Below are positions 55,241 through 64,000 of a stretch of 64,000 nucleotides of DNA, in pieces. Position numbers and translations under genes: made by a program. This DNA is from an uncultured Pseudomonadales bacterium (lineage in GTDB: Bacteria > Patescibacteriota > Microgenomatia > UBA1400 > MFAQ01), in assembly GCA_964439805.1 (NCBI GenBank), contig CAYTOI010000002.1, positions 47,489 through 111,488 on the forward strand, given 5' to 3'. Each line of letters begins with the position of its first letter. Within the stretch, counting starts at the first letter, position 1. The notes beneath the pieces are model-generated. The model had not been told where the DNA came from and did no database searches. It worked only from the letters and a program-made list of their open reading frames with translations.

Positions 55241-55570
55241 ATGCCAGGAAAAAAGCCAATTCCAATTAAGACAGAAACACTGATCGAGCTTTACCGTGGG
55301 AAAGTAGCACCGTTTAAATCCGATAATGAAATCAACCAGCTCGGAGCTCAGATTACTCAGATCAAAAATTTCTCTCACACAAACACGGCGCATCAGCTGG
55401 CTCTTCAAGCTATTCTTGGGAAGCAGTGCGAATGGCTTATTTGTCTGGGCTTCAATCGTAAAGATTATGATGCCTGGATGGACAATTTGAAGGAGAATCA
55501 CGGCGAAACTCAGCTTATTACCCCCGCTGATCCGCAACCAGAAGAAGAAACTTCGGAAGTTCTTGCTTAA
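55241..55570 (+). CDS. hypothetical protein (109 aa)
   Basis: Upstream TTGACA...TGcTATAAT promoter-like (55176-55209), GGAG RBS. Confidence 0.45.
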   Translation: MPGKKPIPIKTETLIELYRGKVAPFKSDNEINQLGAQITQIKNFSHTNTAHQLALQAILGKQCEWLICLGFNRKDYDAWMDNLKENHGETQLITPADPQPEEETSEVLA

Positions 55571-55602
55571 CTCCTAATCTATAGATATCTTAATAAAACC
55601 GA

Positions 55603-55631
55603 AGGGCTCTCATTGCGAGAGTCCTTTTTTT
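55603..55631. terminator. terminator hairpin (likely bidirectional) between convergent genes
   Basis: GGGCTCTC-attgc-GAGAGTCC + TTTTTTT; A-run upstream. Confidence 0.6.
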
Positions 55632-55932
55632 ATGCCAAAAATTTCTTCAAGTCAATTTTCATGCCCACAATTTCTACACCTTCATTTCTGAGCAATACAA
55701 TTTTTCTGGCCACTTCTTCCCCAGCTTGTTTCCCCATAAACCCTCCCACAGACCCATCACTCTTAACTACTCTATGACATGGTACTTCTGGTGCATAAGG
55801 ATTATTTTTTAGTGCGCTTCCTACTGCTCTATACGCTTTGGTTCCCAGAGATTCTGCTAGTTTTTTGTATGTCGTTACCTTACCCTTTGGCACTTTTCTT
55901 AGCTCTTCATAAACTCTTTCCGTAAAGGTCAT
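55630..55932 (-). CDS. ogt: methylated-DNA-protein-cysteine methyltransferase (Ogt/MGMT DNA-binding domain)
   Basis: VPCHRVVKSDGSVGGF active-site motif. Confidence 0.85.
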   Translation of the reverse strand: MTFTERVYEELRKVPKGKVTTYKKLAESLGTKAYRAVGSALKNNPYAPEVPCHRVVKSDGSVGGFMGKQAGEEVARKIVLLRNEGVEIVGMKIDLKKFLA

Positions 55933-55954
55933 TTTTTTAATATATCATTAAATT

Positions 55955-56728
55955 GTGAACATCCCAAAAATCGGACTTGGAACATGGAATATCAAAACAG
56001 ATGACTTGGTAAATATAATTCCTGAAGCTATAAAACTAGGCTATAGACATTTTGATACCGCCAGAAAATATAGCAACGAAGAGGGAGTCGGAGAGGGGAT
56101 TAGAAAATCAGGAATTGCTAGAAAAGATGTTTTTATTACCACCAAACTTTGGATCACTGATTTTCTAAGAACAAAAAACGCCTTTGAGGCAAGTCTGGAA
56201 AGACTGCAAATGGATTATGTCGATCTTTATATTATTCACTGGCCATTCCCCTTCTGGACCAAAGCTTGGGTAGAGCTAGAAAAAATTTATAAATCTGGCA
56301 AGGCCAAAAATATAGGAGTGAGTAACTTCGGTATCAAAGATCTCGAGTTTATAAAAAATCACTATAAAATTATTCCTGCCGTAAACCAAATAGAGTTCAG
56401 CCCTTTCTTTTACAAAAAAGAGTTAATTGAGTACTGCCAAAAAGAGGGAATTCAGGTGGAGGCATACAGTCCGCTAACTAGGGGATACCGACTAGATGAT
56501 CCCAAAATTCAAGTAATTGCCGATAAGTACCAAAGAACTATTCCTCAAATATTACTTGCTTGGTGTCTGCATCATAATCTTGTCATCCTCCCAAAATCCA
56601 CCACCAAAGAACATCTTAAAGAGAACTTTGAATCTCAAAATATTAAGCTATTAAAGCCTGACATGGAGTACCTAGACTCACTTAACGAAAACTACTCCGC
56701 CCTCAGTACCTTTTGGAGTAAAAAGTAG
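55955..56728 (+). CDS. aldo/keto reductase
   Basis: IGLGTW...GYRHFDTARKY..., IHWP, typical AKR motifs. Confidence 0.85.
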   Translation: MNIPKIGLGTWNIKTDDLVNIIPEAIKLGYRHFDTARKYSNEEGVGEGIRKSGIARKDVFITTKLWITDFLRTKNAFEASLERLQMDYVDLYIIHWPFPFWTKAWVELEKIYKSGKAKNIGVSNFGIKDLEFIKNHYKIIPAVNQIEFSPFFYKKELIEYCQKEGIQVEAYSPLTRGYRLDDPKIQVIADKYQRTIPQILLAWCLHHNLVILPKSTTKEHLKENFESQNIKLLKPDMEYLDSLNENYSALSTFWSKK

Positions 56729-56766
56729 GTGTATTTAGCTGTTTCAATTGGTAAGATAAAACTGCA

Positions 56767-59700
56767 ATGAGCAAGTTTACCCATTTACACGTCCACACAG
56801 AATTTTCCTTGCTCGATGGCATGAGCAAAATTGGTAAGCTGGTCACCAGAACCAAAGAACTAGAACAGACTCACTTAGCCATTACCGACCATGGTTCTAT
56901 GTACGGAGCTATAGAGTTTTACAAAAAAACAACCAAAGAAGGAATAATTCCAATTTTGGGTTGTGAAATATATTTGGCCAAAGGTTCTCGCTTTGATAAA
57001 AATAAGTCCGATGCCAATCACCTGCTACTTCTATCCGAAGACTTTGAGGGATACCAAAACTTAATGAAGATAGTTACCATCGGCCAGACAGAAGGTTTTT
57101 ATTACAAACCCCGTGTAGACAAAGAAACTCTAGAAAAATATTCCAAAGGCTTAATCTGTACCACTGGTTGCCCTGCTGGCAGAGTCCAAAAACTATTTTT
57201 GGAAGAAGGATATGACGCAGCCAAACAAGAAATAAAAGAGTATGAACAAATTTTTGGTAGTAAAAATGTCTTCATAGAACTTCAGCGCCACCACTACAAC
57301 CGTTATGCCGAAAGTTCAAATGTCCCCGCTGATATCAAACCCAAACTGCTTGAGTTTTACGAAAACGAACAAAAATCAGAAGAGGCTTTAATAAAATTAA
57401 GTAGAGATCTAGGGCTTCCCCTAATAGCTACCAACGATGCTCACTACGTCAACGCCGATGACGCTTCTGCTCAAGATGCTCTTGTTTGTGTTCAAACAGG
57501 AAAAACCATCGAAGATACGCATAGAATGCGATACATCGACACCCCAGATTTTTATCTTAAGTCCCCAGACGAAATGGCTGAAGATTTTAAAGATCTTCCG
57601 GAATCGATAGAAAATACCCAAAAACTTGCAGACAGATGCCACGTAGAAATAAAAATTGGTGAATGGTACTTCCCAAAACTAGATTTACCAGAAGGCAAAA
57701 CAGCCGGAGAAGTACTAAGAGAGAGATCATACGATGGCTGCAAAGAAATTTTTGGCGGTGTCAACGAAGTACAATCAACTAGACTTGATTATGAACTAAA
57801 AATTATTGAAGATAAAGGATACTCACCATATTTTTTACTCGAGTCTGGCATCGTGAAGTTTGCCGACAGAGAGGGAATCTATACCAACACTAGAGGATCC
57901 GCTGCAGGTTCTTTTGTTTCCTATTGTATGGGCATTACCACTGTTGACCCGCTGTACTTCCGTTTACCTTTTGAACGATTTCTAAATCCTTTCCGTCCAT
58001 CACCTCCAGATATTGACTTGGACGTTGCTGATATTCATCGCGACGATCTCATAAAATATTTAGCCGACACTTACGGACACGAAAAGGTGGGGCAGATCTG
58101 TACCTTTGGAACCATGAAGGCCAGAGCCGCTGTGCGCGACATCGGCCGCGTTATGGGCATGCCATATTCTCAGGTAGATAAAATCAGTAAAACTATTCCA
58201 GAAGGTAGCCAGGGTTTCCCCATGACTCTCAAAAAAGCACTAGAGACAACTCCGGAGCTTCAAAAGATGAAAGAAGATGATCCAGAAGTAAAAAAACTTC
58301 TCAATCTCGCCCAAAAAATCGAAGGTAATGCGAGACACCTTTCTGTTCATGCTGCTGCTGTTATCGTCGGTCCTGATGATCTTGTTAAGTACACACCTCT
58401 TCAGCTAGAAACTGGCGGCGGCACTAGAGTCATCACTCAGTACGAAATGCATGCTTGTGAAGATGTAGGGCTAATAAAACTAGATATTCTTGGTATCGCC
58501 AACTTAAGTATTTTGGCAAACGCAGTCAAACTTGTCGAAGATATTCACAAAATAAAAATAAATATCAAAAAACTTCCACTAGACGACAGAGAAACTTACG
58601 AAATGCTTTCTCGTGGTGAAACCTTTGGTGTTTTTCAGCTAGCTAGTGGTGGCATGACCAAATACCTAGTCGACCTTCACCCAGAAAGAATCGAAGATGT
58701 TATGGCCATGGTTGCACTTTACCGCCCTGGTCCTATGGGTAGTATTCCAGAATATATTGCCAGAAAAAGAGATCCGTCCAAAATTTCTTACTTTGTTCCT
58801 GGCCTCGAGAAAATTTTGGATATGTCTTACGGCATCATTACCTATCAAGATGACGTTTTGTTTATGGCTATTCAATTGGCAGGATACAACTGGGAAGAAG
58901 CTGATAAATTTCGCAAAGCCATTGGTAAAAAAATTGTTTCCGAAATGGAAGCTCAACATGCCAAGTTTGTCGATGGTTGTGTTAACAATTCTGGAATTGA
59001 TAGAGAAAAAGCCGAAGAATTATTTAAACAAATTGAGACATTTGCGGCATACGGATTCAACAAAGCCCACGCTGCTTCTTACGGCATAGTCGCTTACTGG
59101 ACTGCCTACATCAAAGCCCATTATCCAGTAGAGTACATGACTGCTTTGATGTCTGTAGAGGCTTCTGATACCGATAAAATTGTTCCAGCTATTGCAGAAT
59201 GCGAGAAACTAGGTATTAGAGTTTTGCCTCCTGATGTCAACGAGTCTAACGTCGATTTTACTGTCGTAAATTTACCAGAAGACCAAAGACTAGAAGAAGG
59301 TAGAGCAAAAGACTCTGGTAGAGCTATTCGCTTTGGACTTACTGCTATCAAAAATGTTGGTGGAGCAGCCATTACATCCATATTGGAACAACGCAAAGAC
59401 GGCGACTATTCTTCCTTTAGTGATTTTCTAAAAAGAGTTGACTTACAAAAAGTAAACAAGAGAGTTGCTGAGTCACTTATAAAAGCCGGGGCCATGGATA
59501 GGTTTGGTAATAGAGCTCAGCTTTTGGCTGCCCTACCAATAATCAGAGACAACACTGTAAAATCCCAAAAGTCCAAAAAAGATGGTCAAGAAAGTCTTTT
59601 TTCTACTCATAGTAGCAGTAGTGATACCGACAATCTTCCCAATATTCCCGAGATGCCTTTGGAAGAAAAATTGAAAATGGAAAAAGCTCTTCTGGGGTTC

Positions 59701-60270
59701 TACCTTTCCGATCACCCAGTAAAAAAGATTGTCAGAATTGTTTCCAATATTATTAGTCATAAAATAAATCAGTTAGACCCCACGCTTCACCTAAATCAAT
59801 CTGTTACCTTGGCTGGAATTATTTCTAGAACAAAGCTAGTTTTTACCAAAAAAAGTAACGCCAAAATGGCCTTTGTGACGCTAGAAGATGATACTGGAAC
59901 TATAGACTGCATTGTTTTCCCAAAGCTTTTTGCCGAAAATCCAGATATTTGGGTAGAAGATCAGGCAATTATTGTCAAAGGAAAAATTGACAATAGAGAA
60001 GAAAAGCTTCAGGTAGTTGTTGACTCGGGAATAGAAATTGACACCAAAAGAACGCCAGTCGACATGATTCACGAAGTGTTTATCAAGTCTGGTACTCCTA
60101 GAGAGGTCATGGAAAATGTCTCCAAGCTTCTAAAGGATAACCCAGGGGACCACGAAGTGATCATCGCTATAGAGTCTGGCAACAACCTAAAAAAGATTAC
60201 ATTGCCCTATAAGATTAACTTTACCGACAAGCTGGAGAAAGAGGTGGATAAAACTCTTAGAGGCTGGTAA
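56767..60270 (+). CDS. dnaE: DNA polymerase III alpha subunit
   Basis: PHP domain HLHVHTEFSLLDG, full 1167 aa, OB-fold C-terminus. Confidence 0.95.
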   Translation: MSKFTHLHVHTEFSLLDGMSKIGKLVTRTKELEQTHLAITDHGSMYGAIEFYKKTTKEGIIPILGCEIYLAKGSRFDKNKSDANHLLLLSEDFEGYQNLMKIVTIGQTEGFYYKPRVDKETLEKYSKGLICTTGCPAGRVQKLFLEEGYDAAKQEIKEYEQIFGSKNVFIELQRHHYNRYAESSNVPADIKPKLLEFYENEQKSEEALIKLSRDLGLPLIATNDAHYVNADDASAQDALVCVQTGKTIEDTHRMRYIDTPDFYLKSPDEMAEDFKDLPESIENTQKLADRCHVEIKIGEWYFPKLDLPEGKTAGEVLRERSYDGCKEIFGGVNEVQSTRLDYELKIIEDKGYSPYFLLESGIVKFADREGIYTNTRGSAAGSFVSYCMGITTVDPLYFRLPFERFLNPFRPSPPDIDLDVADIHRDDLIKYLADTYGHEKVGQICTFGTMKARAAVRDIGRVMGMPYSQVDKISKTIPEGSQGFPMTLKKALETTPELQKMKEDDPEVKKLLNLAQKIEGNARHLSVHAAAVIVGPDDLVKYTPLQLETGGGTRVITQYEMHACEDVGLIKLDILGIANLSILANAVKLVEDIHKIKINIKKLPLDDRETYEMLSRGETFGVFQLASGGMTKYLVDLHPERIEDVMAMVALYRPGPMGSIPEYIARKRDPSKISYFVPGLEKILDMSYGIITYQDDVLFMAIQLAGYNWEEADKFRKAIGKKIVSEMEAQHAKFVDGCVNNSGIDREKAEELFKQIETFAAYGFNKAHAASYGIVAYWTAYIKAHYPVEYMTALMSVEASDTDKIVPAIAECEKLGIRVLPPDVNESNVDFTVVNLPEDQRLEEGRAKDSGRAIRFGLTAIKNVGGAAITSILEQRKDGDYSSFSDFLKRVDLQKVNKRVAESLIKAGAMDRFGNRAQLLAALPIIRDNTVKSQKSKKDGQESLFSTHSSSSDTDNLPNIPEMPLEEKLKMEKALLGFYLSDHPVKKIVRIVSNIISHKINQLDPTLHLNQSVTLAGIISRTKLVFTKKSNAKMAFVTLEDDTGTIDCIVFPKLFAENPDIWVEDQAIIVKGKIDNREEKLQVVVDSGIEIDTKRTPVDMIHEVFIKSGTPREVMENVSKLLKDNPGDHEVIIAIESGNNLKKITLPYKINFTDKLEKEVDKTLRGW

Positions 60271-60280
60271 AATAAGCGTC

Positions 60281-60799
60281 ATGGCAAATCACATCAAATG
60301 GCAGGACAAAATTGAATTTGGAGTCGGAGACACCCTAAAAGTATCTCTTACTGTAAAAGAAGGCGAAAAAGTTCGCTCTCAGCTCTTTCAGGGTATCGTT
60401 ATCGCTATCCGAGGCACTGGAGAAGGTAAAAGCTTCATAATTCGTAAAATTGCCGCCGGTGGAGTAGGAGTTGAGCGTATTCTTCCTATAAACTCACCTG
60501 TAATCAACGGAATTGAAATAATCAAAAAAGGTAAGGTCCGCCGAGCTAAGCTTTATTACCTCCGTGATCTCTTGGGTAAAAAGGCTACCAAGGTCAAGGA
60601 CATCTTCGTCAAAAAAGGACTTTCTGCTTTCACTGAAGTTGCTGAAGCAATCTCAGAAGGATCAGAATCCAAAGAAGAAAAGACCAGACCAGAGCCAGTT
60701 AAGGTCAAAAATGCTCCAAAAGCAGACGCTCCAAAAGTCAAAAAAGTCAAAAAAGGACCAAAAAAGATCGTTCGCAAAGAAAAAGTCTTTGTAAGATAA
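60281..60799 (+). CDS. rplS: 50S ribosomal protein L19 with ~55-aa Lys-rich C-terminal extension
   Basis: ...FQGIVIAIRGTGEGKSFIIRKIAAGGVGVERILPINSPVI... Confidence 0.85.
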   Translation: MANHIKWQDKIEFGVGDTLKVSLTVKEGEKVRSQLFQGIVIAIRGTGEGKSFIIRKIAAGGVGVERILPINSPVINGIEIIKKGKVRRAKLYYLRDLLGKKATKVKDIFVKKGLSAFTEVAEAISEGSESKEEKTRPEPVKVKNAPKADAPKVKKVKKGPKKIVRKEKVFVR

Positions 60800-60806
60800 A
60801 AAAATG

Positions 60807-60831
60807 GCCCCGCACAAGCGGGGCTTTTTTT
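60807..60831. terminator. bidirectional rho-independent terminator
   Basis: GCCCCGC-acaa-GCGGGGC flanked by A-run and T-run. Confidence 0.75.
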
Positions 60832-60837
60832 ATACTA

Positions 60838-61554
60838 TCAGCTAACTAAGGTACCTATCTCTTCTCCACAAATGATTTTTTCAATATTATCTAGATTATC
60901 AATGTCAAAGACAATTATCGGTATTCTATTTGTTTGACATAAGGCAAACGCAGTACCATCCATTACCTTTAATCCCTGAACTAAAGCTTCTTGATAGCTT
61001 AAGGTTTTGTAAAGAACGGCATCAGGGTATTTCTTTGGATCTTTGTCAAAAATGCCCTCCACAGTACTTCCCTTTAACAGGATACAGTTAAATTCAGCAG
61101 CAAATTGGGCGGCAGCCAGGTCAGTAGATGAATACGGAATACCCAAGCCGCCAACCAAAATAATCACTTTTCCAGCTTCTAGATGACTGAGTGCAACTCT
61201 GTGAATGTAGGGTTCGTATGCTTGCTTCATTTCCAGGTAGGACATAACTCGAGTTTTAACTTGCATGTCTTCCAAATAAGCTTGAAGTATTAGGCCATTG
61301 GGAATCGTTGCTGTCATTCCAGCATAGTCTGCAGAGGCACGGTTGATTATTGTACCCTCTGTCGATCGACCACGAATAATGTTTCCCCCACCGACAACAA
61401 TTGCAACAGTCAAGTCGTAATTTGTTTTTAATTTTGCTATGGTTTTTGCAACTTTTTCGACAGTTTCCAGATCAATTCCTCGACCGTCCTTACCCAAAGC
61501 TTCTCCTGAAAGCTTCAACAGAACTCTTTTGTATTTTTGCACAATAACCTCCAT
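60838..61554 (-). CDS. pyrH: UMP kinase
   Basis: KRVLLKLSGEALG..., amino-acid kinase fold motifs. Confidence 0.9.
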   Translation of the reverse strand: MEVIVQKYKRVLLKLSGEALGKDGRGIDLETVEKVAKTIAKLKTNYDLTVAIVVGGGNIIRGRSTEGTIINRASADYAGMTATIPNGLILQAYLEDMQVKTRVMSYLEMKQAYEPYIHRVALSHLEAGKVIILVGGLGIPYSSTDLAAAQFAAEFNCILLKGSTVEGIFDKDPKKYPDAVLYKTLSYQEALVQGLKVMDGTAFALCQTNRIPIIVFDIDNLDNIEKIICGEEIGTLVS

Positions 61555-61588
61555 TTATAGAATAAACGTGCGTTTTGAGTATTATACC

Positions 61589-61906
61589 TTAAGCCTTTTT
61601 GTTTTCTTTTTTTATCGTATTCCAGTGGTACAGGTAAAGCGGTGCACCCACTACTAACATGGAAAATGCAGTAATGAACTCTCTCTGTCGCTGTCTTTCT
61701 ATGTCTTTTTTCTGCCTAGCTTGTTGAATTTCTACTGATTCTTGAACCTCTCCAGGAATTTTTGGAGCCGAATATATTTCGTAATTATCTACGTCTTTGA
61801 AGACAGTTAGTTTTAAGGTCAGGTCCACCATCTGAATGCTCCCAATGACCACAATTAATAGTCCTACAAACGAAAACAGGTATAAGTACAAAAGTCTTAA
61901 GTTCAT
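61589..61906 (-). CDS. membrane protein (105 aa, 2 TM)
   Basis: Hydrophobicity. Confidence 0.4.
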   Translation of the reverse strand: MNLRLLYLYLFSFVGLLIVVIGSIQMVDLTLKLTVFKDVDNYEIYSAPKIPGEVQESVEIQQARQKKDIERQRQREFITAFSMLVVGAPLYLYHWNTIKKENKKA

Positions 61907-61907
61907 T

Positions 61908-62576
61908 TTAATCAGTAATTACTAATTTGCGATCCTTAAATTTATAAAATGCTGCAGGCCTGTGAGCCTTACCATCACTTTTGTTGCCAGTGGGTAGAAG
62001 TAAGCCAGTAGAGAGGATTTTTTTGCGAAAGTTTCTCTTGTCCAGTTTTGTTCCCAATATAATCTCGTGCATTTTTTGCAGATCTGACAAGGTAAAGTTA
62101 TCAGGTAGAAGACCAAGAACTATATTTGAGTAACCAATTTTATTTCTCAATCTTTCCAAACCATAATCAATTATTTTTCGGTGGTCAAAAGCAAGTTTGG
62201 GTAGTGACTTAATAGGAAATAGTTTTGCTTCCATGCCGGCTTCTGAAGTTTTAAGTTCCCAGTTTTTTGAGTCAGCCAAAGCTAGATAGGTTACAGTTAT
62301 TACCCAAGATCTAGGATCTCTGTTTGGATCTCCAAATGTAAAAAGCTGCTCCAAATATACATTGTCGACACTGCCTTTGTCTTTGAGCACTCTCATAGCT
62401 GCCTGCTCAAGTGACTCAGCTTGGTGGACAAAGCCGCCTGGAAGTGCCCAGCTGCCCTTAAAAGGCTCAATATTACGCTTAACAAGAAGAATATTAAGCT
62501 CTCCCTCAAGTACTGAAAATAGCAAGACGTCTGTGGTTACGGAAGGGTGTGGGTACTTATCAATAGGTGTGTTCAT
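61908..62576 (-). CDS. NrtR-like Nudix-related transcriptional regulator (degenerate Nudix box + C-terminal winged helix)
   Basis: Nudix-like GGFVHQAESLEQAAMRVLKDKGS (catalytic REuxEE replaced by RVLKDK); C-terminal ...DNFTLSDLQKMHEIILGTKLDKRNFRKKI = NrtR wHTH hallmark. Confidence 0.6.
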   Translation of the reverse strand: MNTPIDKYPHPSVTTDVLLFSVLEGELNILLVKRNIEPFKGSWALPGGFVHQAESLEQAAMRVLKDKGSVDNVYLEQLFTFGDPNRDPRSWVITVTYLALADSKNWELKTSEAGMEAKLFPIKSLPKLAFDHRKIIDYGLERLRNKIGYSNIVLGLLPDNFTLSDLQKMHEIILGTKLDKRNFRKKILSTGLLLPTGNKSDGKAHRPAAFYKFKDRKLVITD

Positions 62577-62647
62577 ATAACTATTCTAAACCAAAATCCA
62601 CATAATGTATAATCAACACATCCCAGAACATTACAAGGAGCGTTTAT

Positions 62648-63322
62648 ATGGCTAAGGTTGCAAGAGAACAAGACCATCATGGTTATTGGAAAGAGCTGGC
62701 AAGTAAGATGGCCCAAGGTACAGCCAAATTAAGCATGAACGACATGGTCGCAATTGCAGAATATTTTGATTTTCGTAAGATGAACCCCGATTATTATCCC
62801 AAAAAAGAGCTTGCCAACTCAATTAAATTACGTGCCGATGAAGTAGACAAGCTGACCTTCAATTTGTGGGGATTGAGCCGAAAGTATTGGCTCGGACGTG
62901 AGCAATGTTGGTTGGAAGAGGCGCGCAAGGTCAGTGGTATTACCGAAGATGATAGTAAAGACAAACCTGGCGATGTTGTCAGTCTAGACATCCTCGTGAG
63001 AATATTCACTTTGGCCTATCTTTTTTACAATACCGAAGAACTTGTTGTGTCAAACCCAGAGTTGGCTCTTACGATCAGAACAAAAGCATTGCGAGTAGTA
63101 AACGACTTCATCGGCGGTGCCGTTCAAAAAGGTCAGTTACGGATAGATCGAGTTCCAAATCCTTCTGGAAACGGAACAATCTCTATGTACACATACCTCA
63201 AAAACGCAGGGCTCCCTGCCGGGCCATCTGGAAAGTATTTACCTTTCCCCGAGCATATGCTTTTTGAGTTATACGCCTGGCTCCACAAAGATAGTCTCAA
63301 CGAAAAAGTCTACATCAAGTAG
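62648..63322 (+). CDS. hypothetical protein (224 aa)
   Basis: ORF only. Confidence 0.45.
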   Translation: MAKVAREQDHHGYWKELASKMAQGTAKLSMNDMVAIAEYFDFRKMNPDYYPKKELANSIKLRADEVDKLTFNLWGLSRKYWLGREQCWLEEARKVSGITEDDSKDKPGDVVSLDILVRIFTLAYLFYNTEELVVSNPELALTIRTKALRVVNDFIGGAVQKGQLRIDRVPNPSGNGTISMYTYLKNAGLPAGPSGKYLPFPEHMLFELYAWLHKDSLNEKVYIK

Positions 63323-63337
63323 AACGAAAGATCCAAA

Positions 63338-63367
63338 GACTCCGTCCAGTACGGGGTCTTTTTTTTG
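63338..63367 (+). terminator. rho-independent terminator
   Basis: GACTCCGT-ccagt-ACGGGGTC + TTTTTTTT. Confidence 0.65.
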
Positions 63368-63396
63368 TGATTTTAAAAAAGATGTAGAATATATTT

Positions 63397-63912
63397 ATGA
63401 AGAAAGTGAAAAAAACCACAAAAATTAACCTTGACCCAAAGATTTCTGACGCAGAAAAGAAAATCGAAGATGTCACAGGCTTAAATCTCAACAATATTGA
63501 GTCCAAGATGCAAGATTTTTTTAACAAAAACATTCCCGCTCTTCCACCAAAAGGAATCGAACTAATTGTCAAGATTGCTCCCTATTTGGCAATTGTAAGT
63601 GTAATTGCTGGAGTTCCTGCAGTATTGGCACTATTACAAGTTGGCAAGTACGCCTCTATCTACAGAATGGCAGGAGTCAGTTTGGGCTGGACATATCAAT
63701 TGACAAATATTTTGTTAGTTATTCAGTTAGTTTTAACTGCTCTATCTATTCAGGGTCTTTTTTCCAAAAAACTTTCAGCTTGGAAACTAATGTACTACTC
63801 TGCTTGGATATCAGCTCTATCTGGACTCTTTTCCGGAGGAGTGATCAGTATGCTTATTGGAGGTTTTATATCCTTCTATCTGCTATTCCAAGTAAAAAGC
63901 TCTTACAAGTAA
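63397..63912 (+). CDS. membrane protein (171 aa, 4 TM)
   Basis: Hydrophobicity. Confidence 0.45.
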   Translation: MKKVKKTTKINLDPKISDAEKKIEDVTGLNLNNIESKMQDFFNKNIPALPPKGIELIVKIAPYLAIVSVIAGVPAVLALLQVGKYASIYRMAGVSLGWTYQLTNILLVIQLVLTALSIQGLFSKKLSAWKLMYYSAWISALSGLFSGGVISMLIGGFISFYLLFQVKSSYK

Positions 63913-64000
63913 GTTCAAAAACCACTTACAGAAATTCGGAACAAACCATTATTAAGGCTTTGGTGAATAGTCAGCCCATGATGATCGGCAACTTCTTTAA

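Noticed and set aside
56767-60270. Numerous 60-130-aa ORFs antisense or out of frame within dnaE, gatA, gatB and the other long genes (ORF track)
   Set aside because: All lie inside well-supported long genes with clear family motifs; no RBS or coupling; spurious.
1-64000. CRISPR arrays / rRNA genes
   Set aside because: No regularly spaced short direct repeats with unique spacers and no rRNA-like conserved sequence were seen anywhere in the window.

Overview
This 64-kb window looks like a low-GC, compact bacterial genome with ~1-2 kb genes, AGGAG ribosome-binding sites and standard code. The housekeeping complement (gatCAB, dnaE, rplS, pyrH, pyk, queA/tgt, hpf) resembles a reduced Patescibacteria/CPR-type genome, although lineage cannot be proven from sequence alone. 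The window has five blocks.

(1) ~0.7-16.3 kb: a ~15.6-kb integrated element. It carries a large serine recombinase (14663-16333), an excisionase-like HTH protein, a divergent promoter/hairpin switch region, a replication-initiator-like gene with internal GTGCAC iterons, a non-coding G-quadruplex/AT-rich region, and a translationally coupled minus-strand operon with a 1049-aa and a 405-aa coiled-coil protein. The element appears to sit inside an LCAT-type secreted lipase gene. The two halves (16269-17000 and 1-735) both encode the PGFGGS/LLGGS oxyanion motif at the junctions.

(2) 17-26.3 kb: a Wzx/Wzy-type surface-glycan locus with GT2, GT4, flippase, methyltransferase, a GT2-SGNH fusion, acyltransferase-3 and a Wzy-like polymerase.

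(3) 27-43 kb: tRNA-Gly(CCC) with scrambled tRNA fragments downstream. This block also holds an M48/DUF45 peptidase + PIF1 helicase pair, MFS, PAP2, two Cas4-like PD-(D/E)xK nucleases, DUF2130, HPF, pyk, queA, tgt fused to tRNA-Thr(CGT), and a LysM protein.

(4) 43.7-49.9 kb: a striking array of at least six direct repeats derived from the 3' end of tRNA-Asp(GTC), which lies at 49866-49939 on the minus strand. The repeats partition the region into mini-cassettes of hypothetical genes. Each cassette has its own promoter/RBS or terminator module, and inverted T-arm fragments are also present.

(5) 50-64 kb: core genes. These are an RRM protein, ABC-F, gatCAB, Ogt, an aldo/keto reductase, DnaE, L19, PyrH, an NrtR-like Nudix regulator and membrane proteins.

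No CRISPR array and no rRNA were seen.
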